From contig NC_042997.1 in assembly GCF_006345805.1 (NCBI RefSeq), forward strand, positions 31,186,001-31,250,000: a stretch of 64,000 nt of DNA, given 5' to 3'. Numbering within the stretch: the first letter of the stretch is position 1; the number at the start of each line of letters is the position of its first letter. Of the stretch, positions 52,362 through 64,000 are shown one piece after another. The stretch is from Octopus sinensis (taxonomy: Eukaryota). A program made the translations under genes and the position numbers. The notes under the pieces are model-generated. The model was given only the letters and a program-made list of their open reading frames with translations. It did not search any database and was not told the origin of the DNA.

Positions 52362-53620
52362 TTGGGTGTTGTCCGGAAAATTCGTGCCGATTTTTAAAGG
52401 AAAGAAAAAGGTCAATAAATACTTGCCATTATATATATTTTAATCAACTAAATATGAACCATTTTGTTGCACAATGCGTCTTCATCTTTCCTTGAACTAG
52501 AAATATATCTTCCCAGAATTGAGGTGGTTTCATGGCAAAGAATTTATCAAGGTATCTTTTTACGTCCTCCAAGGAATTGAAATTTTTACCATTAAGACTA
52601 TTCTGCAGAGATCTGAATAAGTGGAAATCCGAAGGAGCAATATCTGGTGAATATGGAGGGTGGGGTAACACATCCCAGCCGAGCTGCAGCAATTTTTGTC
52701 TGGTTCCCAAAGAAACGTACGGTCTTGCATTATGATGTTGGAAAACAACAACCTTCCTGTTGGCCAATTCTGGACGTTTCTCTTGAATTGCTGCTTTTAA
52801 CTCGTCCAGTTGTGTGCAGTATTTCTCAGAATTAATTGTCTAGTTACTTGAGAGAAACTCATAGTATAGAATTCCTTTCCAATCCCACCAGACATAAAGT
52901 AAGACTTTTTTAGGGTGAAGACCCGCTTTTGGGGTGGCTAAGGGTGGCTCATGTCGCTTACTCCAGGATCGCTTTCTCTGAACATTTCGGTAGATAATCC
53001 ATTTCTCATCACCTATCACAATTTGCTTTGAAAAAGGTGCGTTTTTATTCCGTTTATAAAGCGAATCACAGATGGAAATGAGATCCAAAAGGTTCTTCTC
53101 ACTCAACTCATGTGGTACCCAAACATCGTAACGATTTGTGTACCCAAGCTTTACCAGGTGCTCATGAACGATGGATTTTGATTGGTTGAGGCTTTCTGCC
53201 AATTCTTGGATTGTGCAATGTGGGTTATTCTCAATTAATGACTTGGTTTGGTCATTATTGGATGGTCTGTCTGATTGCTCTTTATCAATAAGGCTACAAT
53301 CTCCAGCTCGGAACCTTGCAAACCACTTCCGTACAGTTCTTTCGGATAAAGAAACATCACCGTAAACTGCGCATATTTCTTTGGTTGCTTGTGAGGCATT
53401 TTCCCCTTTACGGAAAAAGAAAAGCATCAAGTGCCGAAAATGAACTTTCTTATCTTCCATTTTAAAGGGTTACAGAATTAACACAGGTTATAGGAACATA
53501 AACCTTCTTCCACGAAAAGATATCTTAAACTGTGCTCTAAATTGAGGTGTAGTCAAATCCTATTTTATGGACTCAACCATGTTCTAAAATAAGTCGGCAC
53601 GAACCTTCTGGACAACCCAA
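52362..53620 (-). pseudogene. Full-length (1259 bp) mariner with near-intact but defective transposase
   Basis: TIRs TA|TTGGGTGTTGTCCGGAAAATTCGTGCCGA and TCGGCACGAACCTTCTGGACAACCCAA|TA; WVPHEL, GDEKW, HPPYSPDIAPSDFHLF; premature stop at 52840 and second Asp mutated (QHHNARP). Confidence 0.95.
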
Positions 53621-54299
53621 TATTTGAAATTATGGCAATTGGAATTGTATTGTTCGAGAGTGAATCCTTAGTTATATGCAATACAATTATAATTCCCCCC
53701 CCCCCACTGTTGCGCGCGAATCACTAGACCTGATCACCCACAGGTCATAATGGTGATCAGAAAAATACCTACAAGCACCAGCACCCGGACAAGCAACAGC
53801 AGTACTACCACTACCTCCAGCACCACTGTCACTACCACCACCACCGCCACCAATACCATCACCGCCAACACCACCATCAGCATCTCCAGCACCACCACCT
53901 ACACTAGCATTACTGCCTTCTACAAAGCAACACCACAAAGACCCATCACTCAGCACCCGTCGAGGGCAAGATGAAGTGTATTGATTAAATGAGAAAGTAA
54001 ACCTGCATTGCGTACTCAGTCTGCTTTGAGCTTCCAATCGCATTAAGGTATTTGAGCTTTAAGTACATATATACGCTGATAGAATAGAAACGGAAGTTTG
54101 CGCAAATGAAAATTAGATACAAAAAGGGAAACAAAAAGCCAAAAAAAAACAAAAATAATAATTCTTGAAGGTTAGCTTCATATCGAGAACTGAGACATAA
54201 TTGTGTGTGTTGAGGCCAGCACTATAAATTTCTGTACATCTTGGCACAATGGGCGTATGTCATGTACACGTTTATATTATCCAGACACATTCTGATGAC

Positions 54300-56345
<2,046 letters not shown>

Positions 56346-56629
56346 ACATATCCTAGATTTCTTTTCTTTTGTATATTTTGAAACGGGCGTCGGTATAAGA
56401 AGAATATGAAAGGAAATAAAACCTTTGAAGGTTAAAAATTATTCGTTCTTGTCTACTTACATTTGTTTTACAGGAAGGATGCGGAAATATTGTTTCCTGG
56501 GAGTGGCGCAAGAATTCCGCAAATAAAGACAAGATAGACATTGGAAAATTTGTGATGACATGGATGGTGATAGCGGAGAGTGCGGTTCCGAAGGTGGTTG
56601 AAGGGATAGCACAGGTAATTGAGATTGAT

Positions 56630-56835
56630 GGTGGTAGTGGTGGTGGTGGTGGTGGTGGTGGTGGGGATAGTGGAGTTGGTGGTGGCGATGGTGGTGATAG
56701 TGGTGACAGATGCTAATGGCAACGACCGTAATTACGAAAGTTATGTAACCATAATGAATAATGATGATGGTGTTGATGGATGCTGATGATAGTGGTGGTG
56801 GTCGCGATGATGATGATGACGATGACGACGACGAC

Positions 56836-56866
<31 letters not shown>

Positions 56867-56911
56867 GTGATGGTGGTGGTAGAGGTGCTAGTGGTTATGA
56901 TGATGATGATA

Positions 56912-56958
<47 letters not shown>

Positions 56959-56959
56959 A

Positions 56960-57000
<41 letters not shown>

Positions 57001-57350
57001 AATGATGATGATAATGATGATGATGATGGTGATGATGGTGGTGGTGGTAGTGATGCTAGTGGGCATGATGATGTGGATGATGATGAAGCTGGAGAAGGGG
57101 GGAGAGGAAGACGAAGAAGAAGAAGAAATGATGAGGATGATGAAGATTATGATGACCATGTTATAACGATGATGATGATCGTGATAATGATAGTGATGGT
57201 GGTGGAGGTGATGATGGTTATGATAGCGATGATGAAAAGGAAGTTGAGGATGATGATATTCACAGTGATGACGATGGTAATAATGATGATGATGATGATG
57301 ATGATGATAATGATGGTAGTTGTGGTGCCGATGGTACTTGTGGTGATAAT
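56630..57350. repeat. (GAT)/(GGT) low-complexity tract
   Basis: Directly visible. Confidence 0.92.
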
Positions 57351-57709
57351 GGTGGCTGCCATCATTTTACTGAGATGAAAACCTTGTTTAACCCCAGGTC
57401 AGTTCTATCCGAGCATCTTATAGTAAAAAAAGTAAAAAAAAAAAAGAAGCAAAAATCAAACCCTGACCGTTAGAACTACATTTTCTAATGTAGCCTTCAT
57501 AGTGATGAATCATTTTTTGTGGGGCAACCTGGCTGTTATTTCTCGCATAACGATCGATCTCGTTTGTCGCGAGATAGTAATTACTGGTATTGGTGTTGTT
57601 CCAGTTATCACCGTTCTGGCAAAATTCATGGTGGTTTTGGGGTGATGATGATGATGGTGGTGTTGGCGGTGATAGCGGTGACATATGTGTGTATATATAT
57701 ATAGTTAAT

Positions 57710-57915
57710 CCAAACAAGAAAGCACAAAAAAAAAACACAACAACGCGAGGACGTGGAACAAATAAAGTATTATTGGACGCTCAGGAAAGAAGGGAAGAAG
57801 GAGGGTTTAACGTTTCGAGCGGAGCTCTTCGTCGGAAACATAGGAGAAGGAAAGATCCAGAAAAGGGAAGACAGAGGGAAAAAAATCGCCAACGGTACAC
57901 ATGCGGTCACATTTT
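57710..57915 (-). mobile_element. ~210-bp non-coding element with hammerhead-like core (copy of 62985-63200)
   Basis: Reverse complement aligns with 62985-63200; core GUUU CCGACGA A GAGC-ucc-GCUC GAAAC GUU AAAC at 57805-57839; adjacent to (TA)n. Confidence 0.72.
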
Positions 57916-57926
57916 GAATATATATA

Positions 57927-57966
<40 letters not shown>

Positions 57967-58490
57967 CTTTCACACACACACATATAAATATTGCAATACA
58001 AGTGTATTGTTTTCCAGTAAAATAAAGCACTGTACGGCTAAAGCATAAATATAAATATCAATATAAAATATATACAGTGAAGCTTTACTATAGCGTCGTA
58101 TATTATTGACTGCTATTTCCTGTAAATACTGGTACATTGTTGTTCCACTATTCTATATTTATATATAAACTTATACACATGCACACACACACACAAATGT
58201 GTGTGTGTGTATATATATGTACGTAATGTATGTGTATATATATCTTTGTCTTTCCTCTTTACTTATTTTACTAATGAGACTACGGCCATGCTGGGGCACC
58301 GCCTTGAAAAATTTTTTTGTTGAACGCATCGACTCGAGTACTAATTTTTTAAAAGCCTGATACTTATTCTATCAGTCTCTTTTGCCGAACAGCTAAGTTA
58401 TGGGGCATAAACACAACAGCACCGGTTGTCAAATGGTGCTGTGGAGGACAAACATAGACACAAACGCACAAAGGTATATATGTATATATG

Positions 58491-58657
58491 TACTAGCCCT
58501 AGTACCCGGCGTTGCTCGGAATTTTAAAGACTGTTAGAACCTTCCCTGAGAAATGAAAAACCTTCATGCCAAATTTGGTACAGATTGTTTCACAGGTTTG
58601 GTCGTGCATAGAGGACACACACACGTGCGCGCACACACACAGTGAATTTTATAGATA
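58491..58657. mobile_element. Helitron-like non-autonomous element (related pieces at 59190-59380 and 59540-59590)
   Basis: TACTAG...ACCCGGCGTTGCTCGG terminus and CCAAATTTGGTAC...GTGCATAGAGGA(CA)n, resembling Lep1/HINE-type architecture. Confidence 0.55.
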
Positions 58658-59256
58658 CCAATGTTACGCAGAGCTGGTAGAAAAAGAGGTATACCACATG
58701 GATAAATTAGTGTAGGTCACTCATTATCTATTTCAACTTTTTATGGCATAGAAAAGGTTAAGAGTGAAGTGGGGAACACATAAATCTGCGTTACTTCTTG
58801 ACAGGACAATAGATCGCATGGCTAGGGAGAAATTGTAGATTCGATTTCTAATCTGAGGTAGGACCAATATCCAAGAAGAAATAGTCACATCGGATTTAAA
58901 TATGAAATATCGAGTGGACTCTAGCTAATTTTATTAGGTCCATTCCACGAACAATTATTTGAATAACTCATGCCGATATCTCTAACTTATGTCACGGGAA
59001 TATTGAACTTTACAATTCATAATGCTTATCGTATGAATTGAAAGATATCCTACAGTGTATAAACGTGTGTCTGTATGAAGATCTATCGTTATTTAGAAAC
59101 CTTATTTTTCTTTTTCTTTAAACCTCTTGTTTCAATATCACAATTAAAAAGCGTTTCAGAATCGCTTACTTTTAAAGCGAAAAAACAAAACCGACATAAT
59201 TTCCAGACAGCCATATTTGGTACAAATTGATCCAGCGGTTAGGCCGTGCATAGAGG

Positions 59257-59314
<58 letters not shown>

Positions 59315-59333
59315 ACACATACACAGACACACA

Positions 59334-59374
<41 letters not shown>

Positions 59375-59585
59375 AGAATAGAAGTGAAGCAATGAGTGAC
59401 AGAAGAAAAGTGAAATAATATTACAGTCTTAAGAAAAGTGAAAGAATAAAAGTGAAACCATTATGCCGCTGGCAAAAAATATTGGAAGGGACGTATAGGG
59501 GTGGGGGCTATAGCCCACTATGTATGCAAGAGAGAAAATTTGACCCCCTACAATCTTCCCCGAGTAATGAAAAACATTCATGCTA

Positions 59586-60575
59586 AAAACATTCATCGGT
59601 CAAATAGAACACTGCTTGGCTGAGCGGTCCGCGGAGCACCTCCGAGCCATTAAGCTCGGTAATGACACTCCGGTCTCGCACTATTTCCGCTCTGCCGGTC
59701 ATTCATTACAACACCTATCTTTGTTCGGATTGTCTCTGCACAGGGGCCATCTAGATTCTAGCCTTCTCCGTGAACAAGAACTAATCTTCTCTCTCTGCTC
59801 CTTTGCTCCACTTGGTCTCAACTCTCCGCCCTCTTCTCCACTCTTGCCCTGTCACCTACTTCCTCTCTTCACTCCTACACCGCCATCCATCCTCACCCAT
59901 ACAACCCACTCCCACATACCCCAACCCTACCTCTCATCACCATCCCATCCCCACATCCTCACATCCTCACTACACATCTTCACCCCACATCCTCACCCCA
60001 AATCCTCACCCCACATCCCCACCTCGCATCCTCACCTCCAACCCACAGACCACCCTCACATCCCCACACCCCAGCATCGCCACACAGCACCACATCACAC
60101 CACCACACCACATCACACCACCACAACACATCACACCACCCGACACAACCCCTCACACACTAGCACTGACTACTTCGCACCCACACCATCATCCGCACAT
60201 CCACACATTACAGGCGCACACATACGCACACGTCAAAGTCACCAACCCCCATTCACACACAAACTTACACACTCTCACATACACACACGCACGCGCACCT
60301 TCGTTTTGGGATCACCAGTACTTTATTATTTCCCCTTCTTTCTAGCTCTCCTGTCTAACTGCCTTTGTCCTTTGTCCAACCAGTCGCCATGACTGCTAAC
60401 GCCACAAGTTTTTTTTAATTCTCTCTCTGTTTATTTTATCGTGTTCCTTTCCGTTGAAGAGCGTAGGCTCGAAACGTAAAAGACTTTCTCACCTTCCCGG
60501 GCGTCAAACTAATACACCTGCTTGTTGTTTATACACCTGTCTTCGTCTTTTGTTTTTCTGTAAATTTCAACTATA
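59586..60575 (+). mobile_element. 3' part of Penelope-like element: GIY-YIG endonuclease remnant plus pLTR-like tail
   Basis: FIGQIEHCLAERSAEHLRAIK...PVSHYF...HSLQHL...REQELIFSLCSFAPLGLN matches the PLE EN C-terminus; hammerhead-like core at 60447-60482 downstream. Confidence 0.85.
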
Positions 60576-60852
60576 TGTATGTATGTATGTATACTGAACA
60601 ACTTAACGCTTCTTTCTTCTCTAGAGTTAAAAGGCCTAGTATCATTCTGACCTCTAGTGCGTCAGCATGCTATTTTCCCACAAATAACTTTTGGTCTATC
60701 CACTAATAATTCCCCCAATCTATTTTCTAATAGCAATCATTATATCTTACCGCTGATGTATTGTAAGAACACCGTAATACTGTGGTATTTGTCATAGGGG
60801 AGCATCTCATATAGACATTAAGTGCTTAAAAATATAGACATGTCAATGGCAG

Positions 60853-60930
60853 ACGAAAATTGTTCAGTACCGGTGGTGGAACTGCTAGATCACGTGAGCA
60901 GTTCCATTGCTTGTGCTACATAATTTTCGT
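60853..60930 (+). ncRNA. Candidate pre-miRNA-like hairpin
   Basis: Bulge-free 34-position stem (25 Watson-Crick, 6 G:U, 3 mismatches) with 10-nt loop; no expression evidence. Confidence 0.35.
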
Positions 60931-61436
60931 TCGTTAACACTACCATGTTTTTCAGCACTAAATGTTTATTTGATATACTTTCGCGAGACGAATAACCCAA
61001 TATTTCTGCGTCTACCAAATCCGCTCAGAAGGCTTTGAACGGCCTATGGCTAAAGTAGAATTCACTTGCCCAAGATGCCACGCAGTGAGACTGGACCCAA
61101 GGCCCTGTTGTTTGGGAAGCAAGCTCCTTAACACGTGCGCACGACACCTGACCCCATAATACGCACACACACCTCGCACGCGCACACACACACACTCGCA
61201 CACGCACACACTCGCACACACACACAAGAAATTTAATACAAGGCGTAATGAACAGGCCTTATTCCAAATCACTACAATTGTTTCTAAACACCAGTATCAC
61301 CTGATAATTGCAGAATTTTACACGTTATCCACATTGTTGCATTTAATATGATCTAACAGTAGACCTTTACCTGCATACCTTTAGGGTAGTAGGGTCAAGA
61401 GCAACGCTGGGTCATCTTTAGTTTCCCTATAGTGTC

Positions 61437-61481
<45 letters not shown>

Positions 61482-61619
61482 GGGTAGATTTCTAGACATT
61501 GCCAATTAAAGTATTTCTGCATTGACTGACAAAATTGATAAACAACATTTATCGATTTTCGAAAATTATTGAATTCTCATCAGTGGTGTCAACACCAATT
61601 TAACCAATTCCATTAAAAG

Positions 61620-62060
61620 AAACTGCCAATCTGCTTGTGCACTCAACGATTTCAGTAACCTACCGGAAACTGGAGCTACTACACATACGTTCAGACATGA
61701 AGGATTCATGGTAAAGATGTCCAAGACTCTTGTCGCAGCTTCCTTCATCTTCGCAACGAATGCCCCAGAGGTTTTGCATCAGCTTGTGGAACAACCAAAA
61801 CTCAAAGGGAGCAAGGTCTAGGGAGGGTGAGGGGCGGTACTGATGTCCATCTCTGTCCAGCATTTAGTTTCCAGGGTACTCATTGCTGAACACCTTGAGA
61901 ATAAACTATGTACGAATTTTCCGCATGTTAAAATTTTCAGGAGTAATTGTGTATACAGATTCCACACCACTTCCAAACTGAATGATTATTGTCTTTTTAG
62001 ACACAACACGGTCTTCGTCCACAGAATTGCATTTTTCCTCAACCAGCTCTCATGTTCTAA
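61620..62060 (-). pseudogene. Internally deleted mariner relic
   Basis: DEDRVVSKKTII...ESVYTITPENFNMRKIRT*FILKVFSNE (HTH2 to VP-L linker) joined to PSPSLDLAPFEFWLFHKL (YSPDLAP-DF-like). Confidence 0.6.
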
Positions 62061-62069
62061 CGTCCCCCA

Positions 62070-62450
62070 CTCTCTCTCTCCCCTCTCCCTCTCTCTCACT
62101 CTTCCCCTCATTTCCTCTCTCTCACTATTCCCCTCTCTTCCCTCTCTTCCTCTCTCTCACTCCCTTCTCTTCCTCTCTCTCACTCCCTTCTCTTCCTCTC
62201 TCTCACTCCCTTCTCTTCCTCTCTCTCACTCCCTTCTTTTCCTCTCTCTCACACTTCCCCTCACTTCTTCTCTCATCCTCTCTCGTCCTCTCTCTCTCGC
62301 TCCCTCCCCTCTATCTTCTCTCTCTCCCTCTCTTTCCCTCTCTATTCTTCCCCTTCTCTCTCTCCCCATCTCTCCCTCCCCTCTTTCCCTCCCTCTTTCT
62401 TCCCCTATCTCTCACCTCTCATCTTTCATCTACTCTCTTCCGTCCAAGCA
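62070..62450. repeat. CT-rich polypyrimidine minisatellite (~27-bp unit)
   Basis: CCTCTCTCTCACTCCCTTCTCTT repeated ~4 times. Confidence 0.88.
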
Positions 62451-62526
62451 TCTACGAAAAAGTTAATCCATATGCAACCTGGAATATGTCATAGGTTTCT
62501 GCAGCATTTTGCCTATATGACTCAAA

Positions 62527-62633
62527 ACTTTATTGTTGCTTTAGCGAGCGCCAAAACGACCCGACTATATTTTGCAAACTAGTCAACTGCAAAATATAGT
62601 CGGGCGTTTTGGCGCTCGCTAAAGCAATAAAGT
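62527..62633. repeat. Near-perfect 40-bp-stem hairpin with 11-nt loop
   Basis: TTGCTTTAGCGAGCGCCAAAACG(A)CCCGACTATATTTTGCA and its reverse complement at 62588-62627. Confidence 0.92.
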
Positions 62634-62911
62634 GCTGTTACTGCCGTCTCTTACAATCTGGAATGACAAAATTTATCAGACCAGCATATTAGATGTACAG
62701 TAATGATGTGCTAAAATTACAATAACTGCTTCTCTAAAACACGCGCACACACACACACCCACACAACGAACACCACACAAAAGTCACACCAGATTTGCTT
62801 CTCAAATTCATGGTTTCAGGTTCAGTCCCAGACTACAGGAAAGTATCTTTTACTATAATCTCAGGCCTACCAGATCCTTGTGATACAAGTAAAAGCAGCC
62901 CGTCGTGTATA

Positions 62912-62961
<50 letters not shown>

Positions 62962-62984
62962 AATATGTGTGTGGTGGGGAGGTG

Positions 62985-63200
62985 TATGGGACCGCGTTTT
63001 GTATCGTTGGCGATTTTCTTTCTTCCGTCTTTCCTTCCTTGGACCTTTTTTTTCTTATGTTTCTGACGAAGAGCTCCGCTCGAAACGTTAAATCCTCCTC
63101 CTTTCTCTCCTTTCCTGAGCGTCCAATAACACTGTACTTGTTCTACGTCCTCGCGTTGTTGTGTTTTCTCTTTGTGTTTTCATGTTTGGAGCAACTATAT
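62985..63200 (+). mobile_element. ~210-bp non-coding element with hammerhead-like core
   Basis: Core UUU CUGACGA A GAGC-ucc-GCUC GAAAC GUU AAA at 63060-63092; flanked by (TA)n; second copy at 57710-57915. Confidence 0.75.
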
Positions 63201-63239
63201 ATATAACGCATGCACGCGCACACATGCACATTTGTAGGA

Positions 63240-63300
<61 letters not shown>

Positions 63301-63813
63301 AATGTATGTGTGTGTGAGTGCATCTGTGTTTGTCCTTCACCGCTCGACAAACGGCGTTGATGTTTTCACGTTCAAATATTTTAATATCTTGGCAAAAGTA
63401 CCAAGCTTAAAAGAAAAAAGTACTGGATTCTATTTATTCGACTAAAATTCTTGAAGACGGTGCCCCAGCATGGCTGCAGTGTAAATTAAATTAATTTCAC
63501 TCTAAGGAGAATGGGGAGTACATTCTCCCTACATCGAGATGTGAAATGTACAGTGATTCAAAACTAAATAGTCTCTGGTTTTCAAGGGAAGAGTCAGTGA
63601 GAGAGAGAGAGAAGGGAAGAAAGCGGTATGGGGGAGAGAGAGAAAGGGGAGAGGTGGGGAGAGAGAGAGGGAGAAAGAAGATGTGGCAGATATAAACCAA
63701 CTTATTTAGATGGCTAAGAAAATAGGAAATAATAGATAAAACGGAGTTAGATACAAAGAGAGAATGATAGAGACAGAGGGAAAGATAAATAGATCGATAG
63801 GCAGACATAAGGA

Positions 63814-63845
<32 letters not shown>

Positions 63846-64000
63846 CAAAATGGGACAAGAACGCAAAACATTCAGATAGACGATACAAAAAATACGGACG
63901 GGTCATTCGAAGCCTCTAATCTTCAGTCAAAAACCGGATCATCCTCATATATTTTATTTTTATTTTTAATGAAGATATCTTAGAATTTGTAGGATTAAGT

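Noticed and set aside
58660-59160. Possible decayed PLE RT on the minus strand (RYRHELF..., FFLDI)
   Set aside because: The motif resemblance is too weak amid many stops to call without a profile search.
63895-63935. Minus-strand CTGAAGA...TTCGAA, a possible further hammerhead
   Set aside because: There is no stem II pairing, and GAAAC/NUH are absent.

Overview
No intact protein-coding gene, rRNA, true tRNA or CRISPR array can be supported in this window. It is AT-rich, extremely microsatellite-dense metazoan intronic/intergenic DNA. The SINE types and repeat landscape suggest an octopus (coleoid) genome, which is an inference. Most six-frame ORFs are microsatellite artefacts. The recognisable content is decayed mobile DNA: four mariner transposase relics (two full-length with TIRs and TA TSDs), two Tc1/mariner-superfamily miniature elements, a 2.3-kb Tx1/L1-like LINE, and RTE, CR1 and R4/Dong-like LINE fragments. 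There are also Penelope-like (PLE) RT and GIY-YIG fragments, Helitron/Helentron-like non-autonomous elements, and at least four tRNA-headed SINE families (working labels A-D) in trains, nests and multimers. The most interesting signals are five minimal hammerhead-ribozyme-like motifs in three unrelated short elements abutting (TA)n, one of them a 335-bp fold-back with one intact and one degenerate core on opposite strands. Also notable are a 78-nt G:U-rich pre-miRNA-like hairpin, a stem-conserved two-hairpin module shared by two SINE families, and a chimeric SINE dimer bounded by a single TSD. All calls were made by eye and boundaries are approximate unless stated.
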